Source: Patescibacteria group bacterium
Lineage (GTDB): Bacteria > Patescibacteriota > Patescibacteriia > Patescibacteriales > UBA12465
NCBI GenBank assembly: GCA_041665845.1
Contig: JBAYIC010000003.1
Location: forward strand, 35,656-99,655
Direction: 5' to 3'
Length of the DNA: 64,000 nucleotides
In this document: one piece after another, positions 8,363 through 18,411 of the stretch
Numbering within the stretch: the stretch's first letter is position 1
Layout: each line of letters opens with the position of its first letter
Translations under genes and position numbers: made by a program
The notes under the pieces: generated by a model
Told to the model about the DNA's origin: nothing
Databases searched by the model: none
The model's input: only the letters and a program-made list of their open reading frames with translations

Positions 8363-9658
8363 TTATAACTTAAGTTCCCAAAATTCATGTCCAATTTGAT
8401 CAATTCTTGTTCGGAGCCTTTCCTTCATCGGCTCCATGAAATCAAATCTTTCATAGCAATCAATTGCAAATCTTTGCAATCTTTGCAATTCTTGTTTTGC
8501 CATATCCTTTTCTAAACTGTCATCACTTTTTTTGTAAAAATGACCTAAACAGTTTACTAAGCCAGTAAAGGCATCGACGTTAAACACTTTAGTTGAGGCA
8601 TTAAACAGGGAGTCATAGCATCCCCGTTCTGAATAAACTAAGTAACTCAAAACTAATGCCGCTTTTTTATTAGAGGCCTTAAATAACAACGGCCATTCAT
8701 TAAGAGAGAGCCGACCAGAAACAGTAGTAAATACTAAATAACTAAGGTTATTTAGTAGGCACTGGTCGATTACAGCATTCAAGAATTCCGAGTCCAATTT
8801 ATATTTTGCATGACCAATTATATAGCAAATATATTTTGTATCCTCAGCGGTGAGTTTTTTCCCAATTTTTAATCCGGTTAGAAAAGCCTCTAAATAAAGT
8901 GCTTTCTGCTTTTTATTAAGATCTTCATCTCCAGATGTTACTTCGGAAAAATAAACATACATGTTTCCTAAATTGAATAAGGAAATATTGATAAAGAGAT
9001 CAACTGCTGCTTTTCGGATTTTTTCAGCTTTTACTCGCTTCATTCTTTCGATTCTCAGTTTAATCCAAGACTGATAAAACCTTTCTGGAATTTTTGTCAG
9101 AACTATAAGCGCGACGTAAAATCCGACTAGCATAATTTTACCGCTTCCATTTTCATCAGGTCGTCCAAAATAATACTGAATAACCAGAGCGTGAATAATG
9201 AAAATAATAAAGGCAATTAATAAAACTCCAAAAAATCTAAAACAACCAAGAAGCGCATTTTTGTGCAGTAAATAAACAGCGTACAATTCAGCAAGTCCAA
9301 AAATAATAGTCCAAAAAGTTGGTACTTCTCCGTAATAAATTACGAAAATAATTACTGCTAGGCCTGCTAAGCCGAGGGTGACGGCAATATCAAGCATCTT
9401 TTGTAGCTTCACATTTACTACTATAACCTGAGGATCCCAGGTCAGCATTTCTGCTATAATTTTCGCCCATACGCCGAAAATCGCCAATGTAAATGCACTT
9501 AAAAAGACAATCCACCCGATAGGCATACCGAGTAGTGTAAACCCACAGCCCATTAAGCCTGCCCAAAATAGCAGGCTAATACCGAACACCCCAACAAAAA
9601 TACTCCTAGCAACGCCTACGGTCGCTAAAAAAGCAAAAAGTTTTGTTTTCATTACCAA
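8363..9658 (-). CDS. hypothetical integral membrane protein (about 6 TM + cytoplasmic domain)
   Basis: N-terminal half made of hydrophobic helices, C-terminal ~230 aa soluble. No recognised motif. Confidence 0.5.
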   Translation of the reverse strand: MVMKTKLFAFLATVGVARSIFVGVFGISLLFWAGLMGCGFTLLGMPIGWIVFLSAFTLAIFGVWAKIIAEMLTWDPQVIVVNVKLQKMLDIAVTLGLAGLAVIIFVIYYGEVPTFWTIIFGLAELYAVYLLHKNALLGCFRFFGVLLIAFIIFIIHALVIQYYFGRPDENGSGKIMLVGFYVALIVLTKIPERFYQSWIKLRIERMKRVKAEKIRKAAVDLFINISLFNLGNMYVYFSEVTSGDEDLNKKQKALYLEAFLTGLKIGKKLTAEDTKYICYIIGHAKYKLDSEFLNAVIDQCLLNNLSYLVFTTVSGRLSLNEWPLLFKASNKKAALVLSYLVYSERGCYDSLFNASTKVFNVDAFTGLVNCLGHFYKKSDDSLEKDMAKQELQRLQRFAIDCYERFDFMEPMKERLRTRIDQIGHEFWELKL

Positions 9659-9867
9659 TAATTTTTAAAGTAACCCTTATCCGGGTCGGAATTCCTAGGA
9701 TTCAACGCTTAGATTACTAAAATCTATGCGCCCCAAGAACCCCTCATAATAACACCTTAACGCTATTTTTGTCAAGGTAGGGGATCTTACTCGTGAGTTG
9801 TCCGATTTTTGAAAATTGCCTAAACAATAACCTATTGCCGGCTTTGTGGATTTTACTCAATAAAATA

Positions 9868-11061
9868 TTATTCTTTTTCTAAGACAACAATTTCTCTAAA
9901 AACTTTTTGTCCTGGACGACCATAAATTATTGTTCCGCGTCTGGTTGTAGTCTTTTGTATAATTCCGTTGCTTCTTAAATGTTCCGGGACAAAGTTAATA
10001 ATTTTAAAACCATTAAAATTAGGACTAATCGGTTTATTGCCATAAAATACCGGCCAAATCATTACAACGCGTCCTCCTGGGACTAAAACTTCATAAAATT
10101 CTTTTATCGCTCCCGTGTATAGACTATCTAATTCCTTAACGATTTGTTCGAACTCTATCCTCCCTCTTTGCGGGCCTAGATATGGTTCAGTAATAATCGC
10201 CGCGACGCTTTCCGCTTTAATAAATTTAGATAGAGCTAAAACATTTTTAACTAAAAATTTGAACTTAATATCATTTAATTTATATAACTCTTTCATCCAA
10301 GAAATATTTTTCTTCGTATCTTCAATGGCCCGAATAGAAACATCAGACCCAAAAATATTTTTATAGCTCATGATAATTGCTTCACTCAAAATAGTTCCGG
10401 AACCACAAAATGGATCAATAATTAAAGCCTCTTTATCATTTACCTGCGCAAGATTAATCATTATCTGAGCAAGTTTTGGCGGTAGCATTCCGGATAAGTC
10501 ATCACGCGCCGGGCGGCCGAAATCACGAAGTGATAAATCTTTAAAAGGTTGAACCGCTAAAGTTTCGCCAATAAAAATTTTATTTTCGTGTTCTACTAAA
10601 ACAATTTCGATTCCTCTAGTTAATAATTTATTTTGGGCAATCACAACGCTAGATAAAGTTTTCTCGCGACTAACAACAAAGCGCGAACTCACATTTTCTT
10701 CACTAAAATGTTTTTTAAGTCTTAATCCTAAATCTTTTTTATCAAATACACGCACGCCATAATCGGAAAAACCAAAATTAAATTTACCATCGCGACTCAC
10801 TTGTTTTTTAGAATCAGCTAAATTAATTACATTTTGTAAAATAATATCTCTCCCAAAAGGCGCTTCCAATTCTTCTTTAATTATTCCTATTTTAATAACT
10901 CCGCCTAAACGACCAATCAAAGTTTCTGGACTAATTTCCGCTACGCTTTCTACTACTAAAAAATCAGGTGCTACTAAAACAGCATCTCTAACATCCATCA
11001 GCGAAGCAAGTTCGGCAATAGATAAAGCGGTATTATTCCCTAAAACAAAAAAGTATTTCAT
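9868..11061 (-). CDS. THUMP-domain class I SAM-dependent RNA methyltransferase (Trm14/TrmN/RlmL-like, guanine-N2 type)
   Basis: Motif I DPFCGSGT and amino-methyltransferase motif IV ITEPYLG (NPPY-like), with an N-terminal THUMP-like region. Confidence 0.6.
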   Translation of the reverse strand: MKYFFVLGNNTALSIAELASLMDVRDAVLVAPDFLVVESVAEISPETLIGRLGGVIKIGIIKEELEAPFGRDIILQNVINLADSKKQVSRDGKFNFGFSDYGVRVFDKKDLGLRLKKHFSEENVSSRFVVSREKTLSSVVIAQNKLLTRGIEIVLVEHENKIFIGETLAVQPFKDLSLRDFGRPARDDLSGMLPPKLAQIMINLAQVNDKEALIIDPFCGSGTILSEAIIMSYKNIFGSDVSIRAIEDTKKNISWMKELYKLNDIKFKFLVKNVLALSKFIKAESVAAIITEPYLGPQRGRIEFEQIVKELDSLYTGAIKEFYEVLVPGGRVVMIWPVFYGNKPISPNFNGFKIINFVPEHLRSNGIIQKTTTRRGTIIYGRPGQKVFREIVVLEKE

Positions 11062-11325
11062 ATAGAGCTATCATAACCTTCTCTCTTGCTTTTTGCAAAT
11101 ATCTATGATAAAGTCCTGATACAAATAAATAACAATGATATCTTTCCCATGTTTCAACCCTAGTGTTGGAATAATTCTCTAAATATTAGCAGAATTAAAG
11201 GTATTCTAAGCCCCAAAGGTTCTTGGAATACTTGGGGATTTTATTTAACTGTGGGATTTTAGAGAATTTAGAGATTTTTTAACAATCGTTTAAATCGACT
11301 TCATCCCTTAAGTATTATAATAAAT

Positions 11326-11850
11326 ATGTCTAAGACAAAAAAATCAACTATTGGCCATTATGAAATGCTTTTCATTATGCCAAACAAATTTACCGAAGAC
11401 GAAGCAAAAGCGGTGATTGAAAAAGTTGAGAAGACTATCGCTGATGGCGGTGGGCAAATCAGCTACCGTGAATATTGGGGCAAAAAAAAGCTTGCTTATG
11501 AAATCAAACATAATGCTTACGGCTATTATAGCCTATGCGAGTTTGATTTAGAAAAAAGCGCTTTAACTGCTATCGACCAAAATTTGCGTCTATCAACCGA
11601 TGTTCTTCGTCATCAAATCGTCATCAAAAAATCAAAAACTGATGAAGAACTTGCTCATGACAAGAAAATCAACGCAAAAATTGTCGCTAAGAAAGCCGAA
11701 GAAGAAAAAGAGGCCAAAATAAAAGAAAGCAAACAGGCCGGAGCCCCAGAAGCGGCTTCTAAATCCGCTCCTAAGAGGGAGAAAAAAACTGATATGAAAG
11801 ACTTGGACGAAAAATTGGAAGGCATCTTAAGTGCTAAAGATTTAATTTAA
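11326..11850 (+). CDS. rpsF: 30S ribosomal protein bS6 with K/E-rich C-terminal extension
   Basis: YEMLFIMPNK...KLAYEIKHNAYGYY is the S6 signature. Conserved rpsF-ssb-rpsR gene order. Confidence 0.85.
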   Translation: MSKTKKSTIGHYEMLFIMPNKFTEDEAKAVIEKVEKTIADGGGQISYREYWGKKKLAYEIKHNAYGYYSLCEFDLEKSALTAIDQNLRLSTDVLRHQIVIKKSKTDEELAHDKKINAKIVAKKAEEEKEAKIKESKQAGAPEAASKSAPKREKKTDMKDLDEKLEGILSAKDLI

Positions 11851-11901
11851 TAATTCTTGTGTTCGCCGCTTGCGGCTGGACTTAAGAATTTGTCCAAAAA
11901 T

Positions 11902-12339
11902 ATGAATTTAAACAAAGCCATGATCATCGGTAACGTAACCCGTGATCCTGAATTGAAAAATACTCCTTCTGGACAAAGCGTCGTTTCTTTCGGCGTTGCG
12001 ACTAACTTAGTCTGGACCGACCAAGGAGGCCAACAACAAAAGAAAACTGAATTTCATAATATAATTGCTTGGAGAAAATTAGCCGAAGTCTGTGCTAAGT
12101 ATCTAAAGAAAGGCTCAAAGGTATATATCGAAGGTCGCTTGCAGACAACTGATTGGGCTGGTCAAGATGGAGTAAAGAGATACCGAACAGAAATCGTTGC
12201 CGAAAATATGATTATGTTAGATAATAAAACAGGTGGCGCTCCAACCGGGACATCGATGGGTAGCTCAAGCGAACAAATTATAGAGATCCCTGAGGATCCG
12301 ATGGAGGAAGAGATACGCGTTGAAAATATTCCTTTTTAA
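11902..12339 (+). CDS. ssb: single-stranded DNA-binding protein
   Basis: OB-fold SSB N-terminus MNLNKAMIIGNVTRDPEL and acidic C-terminal tail ending IPF. Start at internal ATG after the rpsF stop. Confidence 0.85.
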   Translation: MNLNKAMIIGNVTRDPELKNTPSGQSVVSFGVATNLVWTDQGGQQQKKTEFHNIIAWRKLAEVCAKYLKKGSKVYIEGRLQTTDWAGQDGVKRYRTEIVAENMIMLDNKTGGAPTGTSMGSSSEQIIEIPEDPMEEEIRVENIPF

Positions 12340-12352
12340 ATAAATAATAAAT

Positions 12353-12565
12353 ATGAACAATAAAAAAACCAAAGAATGCTATTTTTGCGTTAATAACCTA
12401 GAAGTCGATTATAAAGATACTAGGACTTTAAAACGTTTCATTAATTTTTACATGAAGATTCTTCCTGGAAAAAGAACTGGCGTTTGCGCTTGGCATCAAA
12501 GAAAGTTAGCAACTGCTATCAAACGATCTCGCGTAATGTCCTTGCTTTCCGCTACTCATAAATAA
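12353..12565 (+). CDS. rpsR: 30S ribosomal protein bS18
   Basis: S18-like length and C-terminus (KRSRVMSLL), third gene of the rpsF-ssb-rpsR block. Confidence 0.85.
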   Translation: MNNKKTKECYFCVNNLEVDYKDTRTLKRFINFYMKILPGKRTGVCAWHQRKLATAIKRSRVMSLLSATHK

Positions 12566-12584
12566 AAATTAAAACCAAAAACCT

Positions 12585-13145
12585 ATGCTAAATTTTAACG
12601 AAATAAAAACCGGCAAGGTCATTAAGTTAAATAGCGAACCTTACGTTATTATAAAAACTGATCATCATAAAACAGCTCGTAGCGGTTCAGTCCTGAAGGT
12701 TAAATGCCGCAATTTGATAAATGGTAATATTTTAGAAAGAACTTACCAAGGAGCGGAGAAGGCTGAAGAGGGCGATACCGAAACTAAAAAAGCTAATTTC
12801 ATGTATAAAGAAAAGGAAGAGGCCTACTTCATGGATAACGAAAGCTATGAACAATTTAATTTACCGTTGGAAGAAATCGGCGAACCAGCTAAATTCTTAA
12901 AGGATGGGACTGATGTTGATGTATTATACTTTGAAAGCAAACCAGTAACTATCAGCCTACCAATTAAAATGGAATTTAAAGTTGTTAGCGCCCCGCCTAG
13001 TGTTAAGGGTAATTCCGCCGGAAATGTTAATAAGCAAGTAGAAATAGAAACCGGAGCATTGATTAATGTACCATTATTTATTGATGAGGGTGATATTATT
13101 AGAATAAACACCGATACGGGAGAATATGTCGAAAGAGTTAGTTAA
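12585..13145 (+). CDS. efp: elongation factor P
   Basis: EF-P N-terminal KOW-like region (IKTGKVIKLNSEPYVIIKTDHHK) and three-domain length of 186 aa. Confidence 0.9.
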   Translation: MLNFNEIKTGKVIKLNSEPYVIIKTDHHKTARSGSVLKVKCRNLINGNILERTYQGAEKAEEGDTETKKANFMYKEKEEAYFMDNESYEQFNLPLEEIGEPAKFLKDGTDVDVLYFESKPVTISLPIKMEFKVVSAPPSVKGNSAGNVNKQVEIETGALINVPLFIDEGDIIRINTDTGEYVERVS

Positions 13146-13163
13146 TTATAGATATAAACAAAG

Positions 13164-13199
13164 CACCTCCGAGAACTAGGGAGGTGTTTTTGTTTATTT
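13164..13199 (+). terminator. rho-independent terminator after efp
   Basis: Stem cacctcc/ggaggtg followed by tttttgtttatttt. Confidence 0.7.
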
Positions 13200-13250
13200 T
13201 TGTTTAAGAGAGGCAAATGGTATAATTAAAATATACTTAAAATTGTATTT

Positions 13251-14639
13251 ATGCTAATTGTTTTAATTTTAGCTATTATATTTTTCTTGATTATTGCGGC
13301 TCTCCGACAAGACTTAGCTTTGTGTTTTATTATTGCCCTCCTCCCCACCTATCTTGTTCGATTTAGTATAATGGGGATACCTTTTACATTTTTAGAAATA
13401 ATGATTCTCAGTAGCTTTACCGTTTGGTTTGTAAAAAATATTTTACCAAATTTAAATTCTTGGCTGAAAAACAGAAAACAAAGGTTAGCTTATCCATTTG
13501 GGTTAGAAATAATTGCCATAATTATTTTTTCTTTCATGGCCGTCGCTGTAACCGGATTTAATACAAGCGCAATGGGAATTTGGAAGGCTTATTTTTTTGA
13601 ACCGATTCTTTTATTTATTTTGATCTTGAATGTTTGGCCGAAAGAAGATGGACAAAAAAAAATAATTTCTGCCCTACTTATCGGTGCGGCTGGAACAGCC
13701 TTAGTTGCATTATTTCAACAAGCAACCGGACTTTTTATCTTTAATAAATTTTGGGCAGATATTGAAACCAGGCGTGTTGTTTCTTTTTTCGGTTATCCTA
13801 ATGCCGTCGGGCTTTTCTTAGCCCCATTAGTAATGATCTTCATCGGTTATTTATTTTCTCTAAAAGATAAGGGGGCAAAATTAATCATTAATCGAATAAT
13901 TATCGTTGCAATTATAATTGCCTCCTTATTATCAATTTATTTTGCCAAGTCAGAGGGAGCAATTGTTGGGCTAATAGCGGCGCTATTTTTATTTTGCTTA
14001 CTAGCTAATAAAACACTGCGCGTCCTCGCTATCTCGATTGCAGTTATTGCTTCGATTACCATTATTTCTATTCCTAGCCTTAAAACATTCGCGACTGATA
14101 AAATATTTTTACGAGACTTATCAGGAGAAATAAGACAAAGACAATGGAAAGAAACAATAATGGCTTTAAAGGGCTGGAAAATTATAACCGGTAACGGCTT
14201 AAGCGGATATTCAGCCGCTGTCAAACCATATCATCAAGAAGGAATTTTCTTTAACCGCGATAAAATAGAGAACTTTGATTCTAGATTATACGAAAGTGCA
14301 GAATTGCGTGCGAAATATTGGCAGCCGGTAGAAATATATATGTATCCTCATAATATCTTTTTAAATTTCTGGAGTGAATTAGGAATACTAGGTGCTTTAG
14401 TCTTTGTTTGGTTAATTATTAAATATTTAATAATCTCACTCCAAATTGCTCTTCCAAAGAATAAACAGAAAAATTACTTTGCTTTAGGATTATTTAGCGC
14501 AATGATAGTTATCATTGTTCATGGTCTAGTTGATGTTCCCTATTTTAAAAATGATTTATCGGCGATGTTCTTCATTTTCTTAAGCCTACTTAGTTCTTTA
14601 ATGTTGGATATAAAAATAAAAGAAATAAAAAAAATATAA
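13251..14639 (+). CDS. O-antigen ligase / Wzy_C family polytopic membrane protein
   Basis: More than 10 TM helices. Wzy_C-type loop with RQRQW...GNGLSGY (R-x3-W...G-x-G-x-G pattern). Confidence 0.6.
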   Translation: MLIVLILAIIFFLIIAALRQDLALCFIIALLPTYLVRFSIMGIPFTFLEIMILSSFTVWFVKNILPNLNSWLKNRKQRLAYPFGLEIIAIIIFSFMAVAVTGFNTSAMGIWKAYFFEPILLFILILNVWPKEDGQKKIISALLIGAAGTALVALFQQATGLFIFNKFWADIETRRVVSFFGYPNAVGLFLAPLVMIFIGYLFSLKDKGAKLIINRIIIVAIIIASLLSIYFAKSEGAIVGLIAALFLFCLLANKTLRVLAISIAVIASITIISIPSLKTFATDKIFLRDLSGEIRQRQWKETIMALKGWKIITGNGLSGYSAAVKPYHQEGIFFNRDKIENFDSRLYESAELRAKYWQPVEIYMYPHNIFLNFWSELGILGALVFVWLIIKYLIISLQIALPKNKQKNYFALGLFSAMIVIIVHGLVDVPYFKNDLSAMFFIFLSLLSSLMLDIKIKEIKKI

Positions 14640-14649
14640 ATATAATAAT

Positions 14650-15375
14650 ATGAATGCAGTTCTACAAAAAGTAATCGCTGATAGTGGTTTAGCCTCAAGA
14701 CGAGAAGCCGAAAAAATGATCAAAATGGGTTCAATTAAAGTTAATGGTAAATTAGCATCACTCGGCGATAGAGCTGATATAGAAAAAGATATTATTACCG
14801 TTCGTGGTAAATTACTTCCAAAAAAAGCGGATAAGATTTATGTAAAACTTAATAAACCGGTTGGCTATACTTGTACTAACCGCTCTTTCCCGGGCGAACA
14901 AAATGTTTTTCAACTTATTTCATTAAAAGATAGACTGTTTTCTGTCGGCCGTTTAGATAAAGATAGTCGCGGCATCATTATTCTTACAAATGACGGTGAC
15001 TTAGCTCAAAAAATTTCTCATCCCCGAATGAAGCATGAAAAAATCTACGAAGTAAAACTATTTGATCAAAGAGGCGAAGCCCTATCGCCTAGCGATGGGC
15101 GAAAAGTTGCCGGATCTCTTGTTAAGGGAGTTGAAATTGGTGAAGGCGATGGAATTTCTAAAGCAAAGCATGCCGAATATTTACAAAACAATTTATTTGG
15201 CATAATCTTAAGTGAAGGTAAAAAAAGACAAATCAGAAGAATGTTCGGGGCTTTAGGTTTTAGGGTCGCTGATTTACAAAGAATTAATTTTGCCGGTATC
15301 GGCTTGGGCGGGATTAAAGAAGGTGAATGGAGAAATTTAAGCCAACAAGAGGTAGAAAAATTAAAGAATAGATAA
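14650..15375 (+). CDS. RsuA/RluB-family pseudouridine synthase (S4 domain + catalytic domain)
   Basis: N-terminal S4 RNA-binding region and catalytic motif VGRLDKDSRGIIILTNDGDL containing the catalytic Asp. Confidence 0.8.
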   Translation: MNAVLQKVIADSGLASRREAEKMIKMGSIKVNGKLASLGDRADIEKDIITVRGKLLPKKADKIYVKLNKPVGYTCTNRSFPGEQNVFQLISLKDRLFSVGRLDKDSRGIIILTNDGDLAQKISHPRMKHEKIYEVKLFDQRGEALSPSDGRKVAGSLVKGVEIGEGDGISKAKHAEYLQNNLFGIILSEGKKRQIRRMFGALGFRVADLQRINFAGIGLGGIKEGEWRNLSQQEVEKLKNR

Positions 15376-15380
15376 AAACG

Positions 15381-15468
15381 GGAGACGTGGCAGAGTTGGT
15401 TGAATGCGCCACACTCGAAATGTGGTATACCAGAAATGGTATCAGGGGTTCGAATCCTCTCGTCTCCG
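15381..15468 (+). tRNA. tRNA-Ser (anticodon CGA), class II with long variable arm
   Basis: Acceptor GGAGACG/CGTCTCC, anticodon stem CCACA/TGTGG with loop CTCGAAA, variable arm TATACC...GGTATC, T-loop TTCGAAT. Confidence 0.85.
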
Positions 15469-15537
15469 CTAGTAAATTTTAGGCTAATACTAGTCTATTT
15501 TATTTAAATGTTCAATTGACAATCGTAATATATTTAC

Positions 15538-15566
15538 TTGACAATCATAAATATCTGCTTTACAAT
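15538..15566 (+). promoter_or_regulatory. sigma70-like promoter TTGACA-N17-TACAAT, start codon about 7 nt downstream (leaderless or near-leaderless)
   Basis: Exact TTGACA at 15538-15543 and TACAAT at 15561-15566 with a 17-nt spacer. A second TTGACAATC copy lies 22 nt upstream (15516). Confidence 0.6.
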
Positions 15567-15573
15567 AGCTAAT

Positions 15574-16596
15574 ATGAATGACAAATCGATTAAAATTAGA
15601 GAATTTATTTTCAGAATGTTACCAGCACATTCTAATAACATTGTAGCTTTGACGGCAGCTGAATTTGGTATGACGCGTCAAGCGGCTCATTTATATATAA
15701 CTAAAGAAATAAAAAGTGGAAATATAGTTAAAACTGGTGAAACAAAATCAGCTAGATATTTCTTAATCGGCGGTGAAAAAGTCGAATTTAGTTGTAAAAT
15801 AAAAACGGGACTGGAAGAAGACAGAATCTGGTCAAAGTATGTAAAACCTATGATTTTGAAATATTCTTATAATATTCAAACTATCATTGCCTTCGGTTTT
15901 ACAGAGATTTATAATAACGCAATAGATCATTCCAACGGGACAATAATATATGTTCAAATTGAAGTTATAGGAGATAATATAGTAATAACAATAATGGATA
16001 ACGGGATAGGAATATTTAAAAAAATCCAAGCATCTTTAAAACTAGACTCTATAAGAGAATCTTTGTTGCATTTATCAAAAGGTAAGTTTACTACTGACCC
16101 GACAAAACATACGGGCGAAGGAATATTTTTTACTTCTAGGATTTTTGATCGATTTTCTATATTATCAAGCGACCTATATTACAGTTTTAAAGATCAGGAC
16201 TGGCTACTTTCTAGTGAAAAAAATGAAACTTTTGGCAAAGGGACATTAATAAAAATGATCATCTCTAAAAATTCTAAAAAAACACCAAAAGAAATTATGG
16301 ACAAATATACTGACGAGGAATTTGGTTTTTCTAAAACAACAGTCGCTGTAGCTTTGAGCGCGGATCCCAACGATCCTCACGTTTCAAGATCCCAGGCAAA
16401 GCGTTTAATGATGGGTTTGGATAAATTTAAAACCATAGTTTTAGATTTTAAAAGCATCCCCGATGTAGGCCAGGCATTTGTTGATGAAATATTTAGAGTT
16501 TTCCAGAACGAACACCCTTCTACACAAATCCAATATATAAACGTGAATGAGGACGTGGAGAATATGATTAAAAGGGGGACGCTATTAAAATCTTAG
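15574..16596 (+). CDS. fused wHTH / GHKL (RsbW/SpoIIAB-like anti-sigma-type kinase) / STAS-like (DUF4325-like) protein
   Basis: N-terminal HTH-like segment (VALTAAEFGMTRQAAHLYITKE), GHKL N-box EIYNNAIDHSNGT and G-box IMDNGIGIFKK, then a C-terminal about 100-aa STAS-like region. The track's TTG start (15538) is rejected because it is the -35 box. Confidence 0.55.
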   Translation: MNDKSIKIREFIFRMLPAHSNNIVALTAAEFGMTRQAAHLYITKEIKSGNIVKTGETKSARYFLIGGEKVEFSCKIKTGLEEDRIWSKYVKPMILKYSYNIQTIIAFGFTEIYNNAIDHSNGTIIYVQIEVIGDNIVITIMDNGIGIFKKIQASLKLDSIRESLLHLSKGKFTTDPTKHTGEGIFFTSRIFDRFSILSSDLYYSFKDQDWLLSSEKNETFGKGTLIKMIISKNSKKTPKEIMDKYTDEEFGFSKTTVAVALSADPNDPHVSRSQAKRLMMGLDKFKTIVLDFKSIPDVGQAFVDEIFRVFQNEHPSTQIQYINVNEDVENMIKRGTLLKS

Positions 16597-16645
16597 TATA
16601 AAAAATCTTGTAATAGATTGTAACTTTATTTATGCGAGAAATTTT

Positions 16646-17254
16646 ATGTTTAAAGAATTTTACAACAAATTATATTCAGAAAATGAAATTACTTATGAAG
16701 ACGGAAAGCCTGATGATATAGTAGAAGATATACTTAAATTTAAGTCATTCGGTTCGGCCTTAGAAATTGGCGCTGGCGAAGGAAGAAACGCCTTATTTTT
16801 AGCAGAACATGAATTCCAAACAACTGCCCAAGATATTTCTCAAGTGGGCATAGAAAAAATAAATAAATTATCCAAAGAAAAACATATAGACATAAAAACA
16901 GAAATCAGCGATGTTCGTTCATTAAATTTAAATTGTAATTTTGATGTTTTAGTTTGTAGCTCTATGTTGCATCAACTTACACGAGAAGAAGCCTTAAAAT
17001 TAATTGAGCAAATTAAAGAACATACAAATCCGGAGGGATTAAATGTAATCAAAACCTTTACAGAAAACGGAGACTTCTATCGGACAAACCCTGATACGAA
17101 TAATTTTTATGTAAAAAATGATGAGCTTCAAAAGCTTTATGAAGGATGGGAAATTTTAGAATATAAGGAGTCTGAGAGTGAAGCGCATAAACAAAATCCA
17201 GATGGGAGCCAAATGATAAACATATCAGCAAAAATACTAGCAAAGAAAATATAA
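16646..17254 (+). CDS. TehB-like class I SAM-dependent methyltransferase
   Basis: Motif I LEIGAGEGRNALFLA. The C-terminal block LYEGWEILEYKESESEAHKQNPDGSQ closely parallels the TehB C-terminus. Confidence 0.75.
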   Translation: MFKEFYNKLYSENEITYEDGKPDDIVEDILKFKSFGSALEIGAGEGRNALFLAEHEFQTTAQDISQVGIEKINKLSKEKHIDIKTEISDVRSLNLNCNFDVLVCSSMLHQLTREEALKLIEQIKEHTNPEGLNVIKTFTENGDFYRTNPDTNNFYVKNDELQKLYEGWEILEYKESESEAHKQNPDGSQMINISAKILAKKI

Positions 17255-17283
17255 ATATGCCAAAAGTAAAATAATTCGAACTT

Positions 17284-17862
17284 ATGTCGAATATTAATGA
17301 AAACAAAATAAAAGAAGAAGCGGAAAAGCATTTACTTCGATGCCGTCCTGGTGATAGAAATCATGCTCTTAGAGTTGTTGAGTGGATTAAAGAACTTGGA
17401 AAGAATCACACCGATCTTCTCTTAATAATTACCGCGGGATACATTCACGATATAGGTTGGGAGGGGGTGTTCCCAGCATGGAAAGAAAAAATTACTTTTG
17501 ATGAATTGATTCAATTTGAAAAACAGGCAAATAATAACTCCATGAAATTTGCCACAAATTTTCTAAATGACTTGGGGTTTGAAGATGACGATATAGTAAC
17601 GATTAACCGACTTATCAAAGCGGCTGACGAACACAAATCCGAAAAAGACGACGAGGCAGTCATTGTTGACGCTGATCAATTGAGTAAAATGAACATTAAT
17701 CATCTCAAAGAAAAATTCAAGCCATCAGAATGGATGAAAATGCATGAACTGTGGTTTAGGAAATTTCCAGAACGAATACAAACTGAAAAAGGTAAGGAGA
17801 TATACCCAAGTTTATTGGATAAACTAAAAAATGCCATTGAAAAAGAAATTGCCACTACCTAA
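17284..17862 (+). CDS. HD-domain phosphohydrolase
   Basis: H...HD metal motif: HALRVVEW ... GYIHDIGW. Confidence 0.65.
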   Translation: MSNINENKIKEEAEKHLLRCRPGDRNHALRVVEWIKELGKNHTDLLLIITAGYIHDIGWEGVFPAWKEKITFDELIQFEKQANNNSMKFATNFLNDLGFEDDDIVTINRLIKAADEHKSEKDDEAVIVDADQLSKMNINHLKEKFKPSEWMKMHELWFRKFPERIQTEKGKEIYPSLLDKLKNAIEKEIATT

Positions 17863-17938
17863 AACATAGTCTATTATAACGGATAGCCGATATAGACATT
17901 TTAACATGTTTGTTTAAGCACTAATTATAAATTTATTT

Positions 17939-18394
17939 ATGCGAGAAATTGAAAGAATAATTGTATCCGCTCTAATCTTTAGCAAAGACGGAAAGTTATT
18001 AATGGGCCAAAAAGATCCGGTAAAAGGCGGTGTATACCCCGATTGTTGGCATATCCCTGGTGGAGGAGTTGATGTAGGGGAAACATTAGAGCAAGCTCTT
18101 CAACGCGAAGTGTTAGAAGAAACGGGAATTGATATTTCTAATTATGAAATTGTTACCGTTCCTTTTATTGATTCGGCAATTACAGAAAAAACTCTAAAAA
18201 CAGGCGAGGTGGTATTATGTAAGATGGAGTTTAATCGTTTCGAAATTTATATAAATAATAAAACTGCTGAGGAAATAAAGCTAAGCCCCACGGACGACCT
18301 AGTAGAAATACAATGGTTCGATAAAAAAAGGTTGTCTGATATAAAAAATATTCCCGGCGGAAAGGAATTTTTCCAAAAAATGGGTTATATTTAA
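17939..18394 (+). CDS. NUDIX hydrolase
   Basis: Nudix box GGGVDVGETLEQALQREVLEETGI. Confidence 0.75.
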   Translation: MREIERIIVSALIFSKDGKLLMGQKDPVKGGVYPDCWHIPGGGVDVGETLEQALQREVLEETGIDISNYEIVTVPFIDSAITEKTLKTGEVVLCKMEFNRFEIYINNKTAEEIKLSPTDDLVEIQWFDKKRLSDIKNIPGGKEFFQKMGYI

Positions 18395-18411
18395 AAACAT
18401 TATTAATTTTT

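Noticed and set aside
15538-15573. TTG start codon extending the HTH-GHKL-STAS ORF (MTIINICFTIAN...)
   Set aside because: These bases form an exact TTGACA-N17-TACAAT promoter. The ATG at 15574 is the plausible start.
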